In this document: positions 23,720 to 36,706 of the stretch, in pieces
How positions within the stretch are numbered: position 1 is the stretch's first letter
Layout of the letters: every line of letters begins with the position of its first letter
Assembly (NCBI GenBank): GCA_963817635.1
Contig: CAWFPR010000013.1
Coordinates: 156,740 to 220,739, forward strand
Source: an uncultured Acidobacteriota bacterium
GTDB taxonomy: Bacteria; Acidobacteriota; Vicinamibacteria; Vicinamibacterales; 2-12-FULL-66-21
Reading direction: 5' to 3'
DNA: 64,000 bases
Notes under the pieces: model-generated
Database searches by the model: none
What the model saw: the letters and a program-made list of their open reading frames with translations, nothing else
What the model was told of the DNA's origin: nothing
Translations under genes and position numbers: made by a program

Positions 23720-24684
23720 TCCGGCGCTCGGCGCTGGGCGTTCGGGGCTCGCTGGTGCTCGCCATGCTGGCGGTGAACGCCTGCGGCGGCTCGGGGGAAA
23801 AGTCGCGCTTTATCTCCATCGCCACCGGCGGCACGGGCGGCGTCTATTACCCGTACGGCGGTGGCATCGCGAAGGTGCTGAACGAGAGCGTCCCCGGCAT
23901 CCGGGCGACGGCGGAGGTGACATCCGCTTCGGTGGACAACCTTAAGCTGATTCGCGACGGGAAGGCCGATATCGCGTTCACGCTCGCCGACACGCTGGCC
24001 GACGCGGTCGCCGGACGAGGGGCGTTCGCGGGCGGCGCGCCGGTTCCGGCGGCGAGCCTCGCGGTCCTGTATTCGAACTCCACCCAGCTCGTCGTCCTCG
24101 CTTCGTCCGGCATCACGTCGGTCGCCGGATTGAAGGGGAACATCGTCTCGACCGGTTCGCCGGGAAGCGGAACGGAGGTAATCGCGTTCCGGGTGCTCCG
24201 AGCCGCCGGGCTCGACCCCGACACTGACATCTCGAAGCAGGGGCTCGGCGTGTCGGAATCGGCCGACGCGCTGAAGGACGGCAAGATCGACGCGTTCTTC
24301 TGGAGCGGAGGGCTTCCGACGCCGTCGCTTCAGGATCTTTCGCACACGTCCGGCATCACCATCCGGATGATCCCGAGCGCCGACCTGGTGCCCGCGCTGC
24401 AGCGCGAGCATGGCAATCTCTACTTCCCGATTGAGATTCCCGCCGGCACCTACCCGGGCGTGACGGCGGCCGTGCCGGTTGTCGGCGTGGCGAACGTGCT
24501 CGTCGTCAACCGCTCCATGCCGGACGATCTCGCGTACCAGATCACGAAAGCCATCTTCGAGCACCAGTCCGAGCTTGCCGCGATCCACCCCGAGGCGCGC
24601 AACTTGTCGATCCAGGCCGCGCAGGTCGGGTCACCAGCCCCGTTTCACCCAGGCGCGCAACGGTACTTCGACGAGCGCAAGTAG
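23716..24684 (+). CDS. TRAP transporter solute receptor, TAXI family
   Basis: ATGA overlap with the ettA stop. Lipoprotein-like [25 protein letters not shown], then [63 protein letters not shown]. Confidence 0.85.
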   Translation: MIRRSALGVRGSLVLAMLAVNACGGSGEKSRFISIATGGTGGVYYPYGGGIAKVLNESVPGIRATAEVTSASVDNLKLIRDGKADIAFTLADTLADAVAGRGAFAGGAPVPAASLAVLYSNSTQLVVLASSGITSVAGLKGNIVSTGSPGSGTEVIAFRVLRAAGLDPDTDISKQGLGVSESADALKDGKIDAFFWSGGLPTPSLQDLSHTSGITIRMIPSADLVPALQREHGNLYFPIEIPAGTYPGVTAAVPVVGVANVLVVNRSMPDDLAYQITKAIFEHQSELAAIHPEARNLSIQAAQVGSPAPFHPGAQRYFDERK

Positions 24685-24735
24685 GCTCAAGGCTCAAGGC
24701 TCAGGGGGCAAGGCTCAAGCCCCTGTGAGCCCCAG
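24684..24735. repeat. GGCTCAR heptamer element, short copy between convergent genes (terminator-like)
   Basis: ggctcaaggctcaaggctcagggggcaaggctcaagcccctgtgagcccc. CTCAGGGG pairs with CCCCTGTGAG. It overlaps the last codons of the minus-strand gene. Confidence 0.7.
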
Positions 24736-26481
24736 CCGCTGCGTGTTCTCCTGCACCGGTTCCTCCACCTCGCCAGGGCTTCGCAAATCGGCTTGTCGGC
24801 TGGCGATGAATCCCAGCGCGGCGTAGAGGGTCAACGCGATGGCGACGAAGGTGCCGATGCCCCTGGGACTCGCGAGAGCCGCGCGCTCCAGCCATCCGAT
24901 CCAGTAGACCGCCGCGATTCCAGCGAACAGGTAGACCGGGCCGCGTGTCTTCAGTGTGCCGCTCGGGGTATAGGCACACGCCAGTGGCAGGCGTTCGGCG
25001 CCGAGCGTCGCCACCTGCAGCAGCACCGCGCCCAGAAGCGTGCCGAGCAGCGCATGTGCGCCGGCGCCGCGGAGGCCGAGCGGTACCGCATAGATCGGCG
25101 CCAGCAGCAACGTCGTGGGGACGATCACGCCTGCGACGGCAAACCGCTTGACTCCCGCCACATAGTGCCGCGCATCGCCCAGCCACGCGACGTGGAACAC
25201 CCAGTTGGCCCGCAGGTCCGCGGGTAACCCCATCGCGTGGCGGAACCCGATCACGACCGCGATCACCGCGACAACCTGCGGCGCGAGCAGCAGCACCGGG
25301 ACGTCCGGGCGTTGCCCGGCGCTGGCGACGAACGGCAGGAGGATGATCGTGAACGCGATGGCGACCGCCGCAGAGGTCGCCATCGAGATGCGGTGGGGCA
25401 GGCTCCGGACGACGCATCGACACGCGAACCAGTACCCCGCGCCTGGGCCACCGGATGCCTGGCGATCATCGCATTCACGATGCGCGTGGTCATGCGGGCG
25501 GCAAGCGTTCGGCCGCCGCTGCTCGCAGCGGGTGGCGCTCCATCGATGCGCCGGTTGTTCCACCAGTAGGCCGGCAGGGCGGTTATGGCCGTGGCGGCCA
25601 GCGCGATCACCGCGACCAAAGCCAGCCCGGCGAACGCCGGCTGTGCGCTGGAATAGATGGTCGCGAGCCGCGCTTCCTGGCCCGCGACCCAGCGGGGCAG
25701 CTCTCCATGTGGAAGGCCACTCATGATGTCGCCGACAAGGTACTCGTGCAGGCTGACGAACCAGAGAGGCGGGATCCGCCAGCGCAGCGGCGCTGGCTCG
25801 ACCAGCCACCGCTGCGCGACACCGGACGACAGTCCAGGTAGCAGCAGCAGGCTGACGATACCGGCAACCGTGAGTGTTGCGTGCACGGGCACCGACACGC
25901 GCATGAAACGCGCGGTACCGAGCGCGGCATGGAGGAGTTCGCGCACGGCGAGCACCGCGAGGAACCCGAATGCGCCCGCTGACAGCGCGACGAGCGCGTG
26001 CGCGAGCAGCAGCTTGCCGGTATCCACGAATCCGATGGGCAGCTTCGCGACGACCAGCAGAGGAAAGAGCACGCTGGTGACGGCGTTCAACACGATGGCG
26101 GCGCCGCCGGCGACGATCACGACCGAGGCCAGCTTGGCGCGGACGATCGTGCGACGCTCGATCGGCAGCGGCCGAGGATCGCGATGTCGCGCGCGTCTAG
26201 CGAGAGCGCGTTCCACGACGCGAGCGCGGCGAGCGCCATCACCGTCATCGAAATGCCGAACAGGAAGAACCAATCGTCGAGGGCCGGGACCGCGGTGCGA
26301 CCCGGCGACTGGAAGACCTGCAGGACGGACTTGAGCGACATCATGAGGTGACGAACAGGCCGCCGGCGATCAGCCCGGCCGAAATCGCCGCCAGCATTTC
26401 GTGCCGGTCGGCGTCCGGGGAGATGAGGTCGTTGTCCAGGAACCGCCGGACGAAATGCCTCCGCAGCAGGCGTTCAGGCAC
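24715..26481 (-). pseudogene. large polytopic membrane protein (putative ABC-associated permease), at least three frame switches
   Basis: GTG 26481 overlaps the ATPase stop. VPERLLRRHFVRRFLDNDLISPDADRHEMLAAISAGLIAGGLFVTS, then (shift) MSLKSVLQVF..WFFLFGISMTVMALAALAS, then (shift) IERRTIVRAKLASVVIVAGGAAIVLNAV..., then (shift near 25440) ..AVAIAFTIILLPFVASAG..YLFAGIAAVYWIGWLERAAL. Confidence 0.6.
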
Positions 26482-27245
26482 GGCGCGCCACCACGTCCGC
26501 GATGTCGTTCGCGGTCTGCTCGGGATCGGCGTGCATGACCAGTTGTGCGAACACTTCTTCGAGCGAGCCTCTCGCCATCAGCGCGCGCAGCTGCGCCACC
26601 GAGTCGTCGGCGACGACCTTGCCGTGGTGCAGCACGATGACGCGATCGCAGACGCGTTCGACCACCTCGAGAATGTGCGAGCTGTAGAGGATGGCCTTGC
26701 CCCGCCGGGCCAGCGCCTTCAGGAGGTGCCGGAGCACGAGGGAGGTCGTGACGTCGAGGCCTGACTCCGGCTCGTCGAACACCAGGAAATCCGGGTCGTG
26801 CAGGAGCGCCGCCGAGATCAGCACCTTCTGCCGCATACCTTTCGAGTAGGTCGCAATGGACTGCTCGGTCGCGCCGGTCAGGCCGAACAGCCCGAGCAGA
26901 TCGCCGATCTTGACGATCGAGGAACGCCGCCGGCAGCGCGCGCAGGCTGCCGACGAACTCCAGGTATTCGCGGCCCGACAGGAACGGATAGAGGTGCGCC
27001 TCCTCGGGAACGTATCCGAGGCGCCGGCGATACCCAATCGGGTCCGCGCTGATGTCGCATCCGTCGAACCAGACCGTGCCACGCGTCGGCTCGGTGAGGC
27101 CGGTGACCAGCCGCGCGGTCGTGGACTTTCCGGAGCCGTTCGGCCCGAGGTAGCCGACCACCTCTCCGGGCTGGACGACGAAGCTCACGTCGTTGACGGC
27201 GGGGATACCGAAGTACTGCTTCACGAGGTGTCGCGCTTCGAGCAT
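26474..27245 (-). CDS. ABC transporter ATP-binding protein (one frame switch near 26920)
   Basis: MLEARHLVKQYFGIPAVNDVSFVVQPGEVVGYLGPNGSGKSTT (Walker A). After the switch: YSKGMRQKVLISAALLHDPDFLVFDEPESGLD (signature-like + Walker B), YSSHILEVVERVCDRVIVLHHGKVV. Confidence 0.8.
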
Positions 27246-27254
27246 GTGTCAGCC

Positions 27255-29875
27255 TTACTCGTGCTGGAGGATCGCGAGTGGATTCAACCGTGCGGCATGC
27301 CTGGCAGGCCACAGGCTCATGGTGAGCGCGACGGCACCGAGAAACGCGTTGACGATCAGCAGGTTCGTCAGCGTAAAGAACACATGCGAAGTGCCAAAGA
27401 GTCGCTCCCATACGAACGTCAACAGGCATCCTGCCGCGGCCCCGTAAGTGACCCGTCGCGCAGCGTCCCGCAAGATGAGCGCCGTAACCTGCTCGGGTTG
27501 ACTTCCCAGCGTCATGCGGATGCCGATCTCGTGGCGGCGCTGTGCCACGGCGTGCCACGTAAGCGAGGAGAGGCCGCCGGCCGACAGGCCGAGCGCGATC
27601 AACGCGATCGCGGTGATGAGGACTTCCGACACGCGGGCGTTCCACGTGAGGTTCCAGACGGCCTCCTCGTACCAGCGCACCGCGTATGTCGCGAGCACCG
27701 GGTCGATTTGGCGAATCGCCTCGCGAGCCGCATCGATGACCGGCGTCATAGGGCCCCGCGCGCGAATGAAGACGATCGGCGCCTGGCCCGACAGCGTCCA
27801 GATCGGCACATACGCGACCGGGACAGGCCGGGGCGTGCCCTGGCCGATGGTACGGGAGATGCCCACGATGGTGAGCCAGGGCCCGCTCGCCTCGTCGCCC
27901 TGCGAGAGCGTGATGCGACGGCCGATGGGATCGGCGCCCGGAAAATACGCGCGGGCGAAGTGCTCGTTGACAATCGTGACCGGGTGGCCGGGAAGACCGT
28001 CCTGCGCGGTGAAAGGCCTTCCCTCAACCAGCGGTATCCCCAGGGTGTGGAAGTATCCCGGGTCGACACCGACTGCTGGAATCGACGGCGCGGCAGCCTT
28101 GCTTCCGTCGCGCCCCTCGATGGCCAGTTTCAGCGCAGCGGCGCCGGCGCCCGGCATCGTCGTTGCGACCCCGACGGCGGTGGCGGACCGAATCGACTGC
28201 AGCGCCTCGCGCAGCCTTCCGAACAGCGCCCGCCGCTCCAACGGTGACGTGTGACCGGGCGGCAGCGCGAGGCGCATCGTCACGATTCCCGTGCCGTCGA
28301 TCGGCCATCCTCGGTCCGCATTCAGGAAGACCCGCAGGGTACCGGCGACCGAGCAGAGCAGCATCACGCTGACAGCCAGTTGCGCGGTCAGCAGCGCCGT
28401 GGTCCAGCGCCGCGTTCTCCGGCCGGAACTGGCGCCTGCGCCCGACATCGCGAGAGGCGCGATCGTGTTACGGCCCACGGTGTGAAGGGCTGGCGCCAGC
28501 CCGGACAGAAGCACGGTCCCGACGCATGCCAGCGCGAGCATGGCGATCACGCGGCCGTCCATCGTGTACTCGATCCAGTACGGGAGCCCGCCGTCCGGGA
28601 TGGCGCTGCTGAACACGCGCAGACCAATGGCAGACAGGAACAGCCCGATTGCGCCGGCACACGCCGCGAGCAGCGCACCTTCCACCAGCACCTGCCTGAC
28701 GAGGCGCGCCCGGGACGCTCCAAGCGCGCGGCGGACAGCCATCTCCCGCTCACGGCGGACGGAACGCGCCAGCATGAGGTTGGCCACGTTGAAGCACGCG
28801 ATCATCACCAGCAGGACTCCGACCGTGAAGAACGCGAGCCACACGCGGCTGGTGAGCTTCCCGTTGAAGACCTCGTTGATCGGCGAGACTTTCAACTGGA
28901 TGGGCGCTTCCTCCGACGGCGGAGATCCAACCTGTGCGTCCAGCCCAAGGCGTGTCAGTTCCTCTTCCGCCTGCTGGCGGGTGATGTCCCGGGCCGGCAG
29001 CCCAATCGCCTCGATGGAGCGCGCCGAGGATGCTGCACCCTGGCGGGCGGGGCCCTGCGCCAGGGCAAGCCAGACGTCGGCATTATCGGGGAACCTGAAC
29101 TGGTGGCGGAGCACGCCGACGATCACGGCGCGAGCGCCGGCAACCTGCACCGGCGTGCCAAGGACGGCGGGATCGCGGTGATAACGCGCGTTCCACAGTG
29201 ATTCGCCTATCAGTACCACCGGCTGGGCGCCGGCCCTGTCGTCGTCGGCTTGCAGTCCGCGTCCGGTACCGGCTGCTCACTCAAGAGGGGCAGCGTTGCT
29301 GGCGACACGTAGGCGATTGTCACCCGGTCGGCTGGCATCGCGTCGTCGATCAGCACGCCCGCCGTGCTTTCGAAGCCCGCAACTGCCTCCATTGTGCCGG
29401 CGGATCGGACGGCGTCGAATTCCGCAAGCGTGAGCGGCCGATCCTCGCCCTTCGGGTTGGTCGACGCAACGTAGAGCAGCCTCGCGGCGTGCTCGACAGG
29501 CAGGCCCCGGATGCAGTGCGCATTGACGATGGTGAAGAGCATGTTGTTCACGCCGATCCCCAGCGACAGGACGACGACGGCGCTGATTGACAGCGCGCGC
29601 TCCTTCCGAAGCAACCGAAGCGCGTACCGGCAATCCTGCGCGATCTCGTGCGCGAGCCGGGTGCCGCGTGCGTCCCGACACTGCTCCTTCACCTGCTCGA
29701 GCCCGCCGAATTCGAGACGGGCCTGGCGTCGCGACTCGTCGGGAGAGAGGCCGGCGCGCATCTTCTCGGCGACAAGTTCCTCGTAGTGGAACCGCAGTTC
29801 GTCGTCCAGTTCGCGTTCGAGCCGGTCGCGGCGCCAGAACGCCGCCACCAGGTCATGACGGGTCCCCTTCGGCAA
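27255..29875 (-). CDS. ADOP-type duplicated FtsX/MacB-like permease (frame switch(es) near 29220-29280)
   Basis: N-terminus RRDRLERELDDELRFHYEELVAEKMRAGLSPDESRRQARLEFGGLEQVKEQCRDARG and the first TM are in ORF 29210-29875. The periplasmic domain and two FtsX-type 4-TM modules are in ORF 27255-29219, ending ARLNPLAILQHE. Confidence 0.8.
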
Positions 29876-30198
29876 TGGCGAAGAACAACCGCATCGCTTC
29901 CGACAGGCGTGCCCAGTTCTCCGTGTGGGTCTTCAGCTGCACGCGCCCCTTTTTCGTGATTCGGTAGAACTTGGCGTCTGCGGCCCGTCTCCGTTTCGCG
30001 CCAGTCGGCGGCGAGTAGCCTTCGATTCTCCAGCCGATGAAGGGCGGGATAGAGCGAGCCCTGCGGCACCTGGACGACGCCGCCCGAGATGCGGCGCATC
30101 CGCTGGGCCAGCGCATACCCGTGGATCGGGCCCAGCGTGGCGACCTGGAGGATCATCAGATCGAGAGTGCCCTGGGGGAGGTCGGATCGGTCTGTCAT
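29853..30198 (-). CDS. PadR-family transcriptional regulator (one frame switch near 29990)
   Basis: [70 protein letters not shown]. After the switch: AKFYRITKKGRVQLKTHTENWARLSEAM. Confidence 0.8.
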
Positions 30199-30273
30199 CG
30201 GCGACGCCTCCGGCTTCTGCATATCCATAGCCGATCGACAGGTAGAAGCGCAAGGTTGTCTTGACGCTCGTGT

Positions 30274-30510
30274 ATGATTCTGTCACCCTTACACATGGGG
30301 GCTGTCATGCGGACCAACATCGACATCGACGACGATTTGATGCGGGAGGCGCTTCGCGTGAGCGGTGTCCGGACGAAACGGGCGGCAGTGGAAGAGGCGC
30401 TTCGGCTCCTCATTCAGACACGCGGCCAGGCGGATATCCGCCGGCTCAGAGGGAAGATCGCGTGGGAGGGAGATCTCGGCGCCTCGCGCCGTTCGCGCGT
30501 CGCAGGGTGA
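30274..30510 (+). CDS. vapB: type II antitoxin, VapB family
   Basis: MRTNIDIDDDLMREALRVSGVRTKRAAVEEALRLLIQ is the typical VapB N-terminus. It ends 6 nt before the PIN gene. Confidence 0.85.
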   Translation: MILSPLHMGAVMRTNIDIDDDLMREALRVSGVRTKRAAVEEALRLLIQTRGQADIRRLRGKIAWEGDLGASRRSRVAG

Positions 30511-30516
30511 CCCGCG

Positions 30517-30912
30517 ATGGTCATCGTGGACAGCACGGTCTGGGTAGATTTCTTCAACGGCTTTCAGACACCTGAAACCGACTGGCTCGATTTCGAACTG
30601 GAGCGGCAGCGGCTGGGCATCACGTCCCTGATTCTGTGCGAGGTCCTCCAGGGCATTCAGCGTGAGCGCGACGCGGCGGAGATCCGCGGTGCTCTGCTGC
30701 GTTTCGCCGTATTCGACAGCATTCCCGCGGACGTCGCCGTGGCGGCCGCCCGGGCGTATCGCGACCTGCGCAGGCGCGGAGTCACGGTGCGAAAGACCGC
30801 CGACCTCCTCATCGCCAGCTTCTGCATCCACGGGCAGCACGCGCTGCTGCACCGCGATCGCGATTTCGATCCGTTCGAACAGTTCATGGGACTCACCGTC
30901 GTCCACCCCTGA
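30517..30912 (+). CDS. vapC: type II toxin, PIN-domain ribonuclease VapC
   Basis: MVIVDSTVWVDFFNG (first PIN acidic residue), ILCEVLQG, TADLLIASFCI, LLHRDRDFD. Confidence 0.85.
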   Translation: MVIVDSTVWVDFFNGFQTPETDWLDFELERQRLGITSLILCEVLQGIQRERDAAEIRGALLRFAVFDSIPADVAVAAARAYRDLRRRGVTVRKTADLLIASFCIHGQHALLHRDRDFDPFEQFMGLTVVHP

Positions 30913-30971
30913 GGCGGCCCGGAGGGTCGCCGCGAGCCAGCGTTCAGGCCGTGGCATAATCCCGCCACCGC

Positions 30972-32907
30972 ATGCTCCCAGGCGAACTCCCCGAGGTTCC
31001 GTCAGACGAGGCACCCGTCCGCCAGCTCGGCGGGGTGGCGGGGCGGCTGGCGCTGGTCCTCTCGGTGGGCCTGTCGCTCTACGCGCTCTACTGGGTCCTC
31101 TTCATCGTCCAGCCGCAGATCTACCGGGTCAGCTTCCTCCTCGTCGCGCTCGTGCTCACGTTCCTGCTGTTTCCCCGGCGGCGAGGGGACCTTCGCGGTG
31201 TGTCGCCCTTCGACTGGGTCCTGATCGCGACGACGATCGTCGCGCTCTCGTGGCCCATCGTCGATTTCAACGTGTTCGTGTATCGGGCCGCCGATCCGCG
31301 CGCCCACCGATCTCGTGCTCGGCGGGCTCACCGTGCTGCTCGTGCTCGAGGCGACGCGGCGGTCGGTCGGGGCGATCCTGCCGGTGACGGCCCTGGCGTT
31401 TCTCGTGTATGCCTACCTCGGGCCCCTCTTCGACAACATCGGCCTGCCGGTGCTGGCTCACCGCGGATACGGGATCGACCGTCTGATCGGCACGCTCTAC
31501 ATGACGCTCGAGGGCATCTTCGGCGTGCCGCTCGACGTGGCGGCGACCTACATCATCCTCTTCACGATCTACGGCGCGGTGCTCGAGTACTCAGGTGCCG
31601 GCGCGTTTTTCATCGACTGGGCGATGGCGGCGATGGGACGATCCCACTCCGGCGCGGGTCCGGGCCGCACCGTCACGCTCGCGGGGTTCCTGCTCGGCAC
31701 GGTCTCGGGCAGCGGTGTGGCGACGACGGTTATGCTGGGGTCGGTTGCGTGGCCGCTGCTGAAGAAGGCGGGCTACAAGCCGGAGACCGGCGGCGCGATC
31801 CTGAGCGCCGCCGGCATCGGCGCACTGCTGTCGCCGCCGACGCTGGGTGCGGCTGCGTTTCTCATCGCCGAGTTCCTGCGCATCTCGTACCTGCAGGTGC
31901 TCGTCATGGCGACGGTGCCGACGCTGCTCTACTACCTGTCCATCTTCCTGATGATCGAGGCCGACTCGCGCCGCCTGGGGGCGCAGCCCGCCGCCGTCGA
32001 CACGCCGGGTCTCGGCGCCCTCACCGCGCGCTACTGGTATCACTTCACGTCGCTTGGCGCGATCGCGGTCCTCATGATTGGCGGCATGTCGGCGTTCCGC
32101 GCCGTGTTCTGGGCGACGGTGCTCGCCTTCGCCCTGAGCTTCGTGCGCCGGGAGAGCGCCCTCACGCCGGCGCGCCTGGTCGCCGCCCTGCGGGCCGGTG
32201 GCGCGGGTGTGCTCGGCGTGGCCGCGACCACCGCGACCGCCGGCGTCATCGTCGGCGTCGTGACGCTCACCGGCCTCGGCCTGAAGATCGCCGGCATCAT
32301 CGTTGCGATGGCGGGGGGCCACTTGTTCCTCACGGTCGTGTATTCGGCGATCGCCGTGTGGCTCCTCGGCCTGGCGGTGCCGGTGACGGCCTCGTACATC
32401 ATCGCGGCGGTGATGGTCGCGCCCGCCCTCGTCCAGGCCGGCGTCCCCGAGGTCGCCGCGCACATGTTCATCTTCTACTACGCCGTGCTGTCCGAGGTGA
32501 GCCCGCCCACCGCGCTGTCCCCGTTCGCCGCGGCCGCCATCACGGGCGGCAATCCGTTCAGGACGATGATGCTGACGTGGAAGTACACGCTGCCGGCCTT
32601 CCTGGTGCCATTCGTGTTCACGCTCAGCCCGCAGGGTATGGGGGTCCTGCTCCAGGGGCCGCCCGTCGACATGGTGATGGCGTCGGTCACGGCGGCCATC
32701 GGGGTCGCCGCGCTCGCGGCGGGGCTGGGTGGCTGGTTCGTCCATGCCGCCAGGCCCGCCGAGCGGGCGCTGCTGATCGCAGGAGGGCTCCTCCTGACGT
32801 ATGCGGCCGGGTGGGCCGACGTAGCCGGGTTGTCGATACTGGCCGTGGTGTCAATCTTGCATTTTCTTCGGCATTCCCCGGCTTCGACCGCAGACAATGC
32901 GCGCTAA
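30972..32907 (+). CDS. TRAP transporter fused 4TM/12TM permease (one frame switch near 31300)
   Basis: N-terminus LALVLSVGLSLYALYWVLFIVQPQIYRVSFLLVALVLTFLLFP..VFVYRAADP. After the switch: LVLGGLTVLLVLEATRRSVG..GSGVATTVMLGSVAWPLLKKAGY..AAHMFIFYYAVLSEVSPPTALSPFAAAAI. Confidence 0.85.
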
Positions 32908-33066
32908 GGTAGTGAAACGCAAGGGTTTGTGGATACGTAGAGGGCGATGGTTCTGCAGACGGCAGCTCGTCGGGACACTTTAGGCCTGCCGAAAAATGGC
33001 AGAGTGCCGAAAATTGTCCATGGTTGTCTGGCGGAAAGCGGACCGTCCGGCCGAACAGGGTGTTAC

Positions 33067-33621
33067 ATGAAGGCATTGCGCAGGGGCCCGTCGCGCGGCG
33101 ACGCCGGCTTCACACTAATCGACATGTTGTTCGTCGTTGCGCTGATTGTGCTGCTCTCCTCGCTCGCCATCCCCGGGCTGATGCGGGCGCGCGGCGCCGC
33201 GCAGGCGGCCTCGGCGCTCGGGACCATTCGGGTCATCAACAGCGGCGAATTGAGCTTCGCGATCAGTTGTGGGCTCGGCTTCTATGCGTCCGACCTGCCC
33301 TCGCTGGGGATTGCGCCTCCGGGCGCCAGCGAGGCCTTTCTGGGCGATGAATTGACGTCCGGACCCACTGTCGTCAAGAGTGGCTACATGCTCAGTCTCG
33401 CCGGGACGCCCGCCGGAGGCGCGCCCGCGGCGTGCAACGGGCTCGGGCCCGGCGCGACCTCCCCGGCATACGCGGCCGTGGGGGACCCTCTGGACGGAGG
33501 TGGCGCAACTCCCAGGTTCTTCGGCACCAATTCGGACGGCGTGATCTACGAAGCGACCGCCACGCTGGCGGCCGTCATGCCCGAATCCGGGCCGCCGCCG
33601 ATCGGCGCGCCCATCAAGTAA
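33067..33621 (+). CDS. prepilin-type N-terminal cleavage/methylation domain protein (pilin/pseudopilin-like)
   Basis: MKALRRGPSRGDAGFTLIDMLFVVALIVLLSSLAIPGLMRARGAAQ carries the class III signal (G/FTLI.ML) followed by the hydrophobic helix. No other pilus genes are in the window. Confidence 0.75.
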   Translation: MKALRRGPSRGDAGFTLIDMLFVVALIVLLSSLAIPGLMRARGAAQAASALGTIRVINSGELSFAISCGLGFYASDLPSLGIAPPGASEAFLGDELTSGPTVVKSGYMLSLAGTPAGGAPAACNGLGPGATSPAYAAVGDPLDGGGATPRFFGTNSDGVIYEATATLAAVMPESGPPPIGAPIK

Positions 33622-33743
33622 GCGTTTCGTCTGCCGGTGGCGTCATTCCCCCTGACGCCGTCGGCTCCTCTTTAGCGGGCGTCCGCCCGACTCCAAAACG
33701 TATTTCTGGTATCGTTCCCCCGTTTCAACGGAGGCTTCCCTTG

Positions 33744-36588
<2,845 letters not shown>

Positions 36589-36591
36589 GGC

Positions 36592-36706
36592 GCTCAGGGC
36601 TCAGGCTCAAGGCTCAGGGCTCAGGGCTCAAGCAAGAGCATTCATGACAAAGGCCGGCACGTGAAGTGCCGGCCTTTGTGTTCTTTCCCTAAGCCCTAAG
36701 CCCTCT
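36592..36706. repeat. GGCTCAR heptamer-repeat element, copy C, enclosing a strong hairpin
   Basis: Left arm gctcagggctcaggctcaaggctcagggctcagggctcaag (36592-36632). Right arm ccctaagccctaagccctc (36688-36706). Confidence 0.8.
36647..36686. terminator. perfect 14-bp hairpin terminator between convergent genes
   Basis: acaaaggccggcac (36647-36660), gtgaa loop, gtgccggcctttgt (36666-36679), followed by gttcttt. Confidence 0.75.

Noticed and set aside
24685-30971. Calling the intervening block a bona fide mobile genomic island
   Set aside because: No integrase, transposase, tRNA attachment site or flanking direct repeats are visible. It is reported only as a synteny interruption.
32985-33020. 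Sigma-54 promoter upstream of the prepilin gene (TGGCAGAGTGCCGAAAA)
   Set aside because: The GG is present, but no GC element follows at the required 10-nt spacing. It does not fit TGGCAC-N5-TTGC.
36688-36706. CCCTAAG repeats resembling telomeric CCCTAA(A) repeats
   Set aside because: Only about 2.5 copies are present, internal to a gene-dense region. They are simply the complementary arm of the GGCTCAR-type element.
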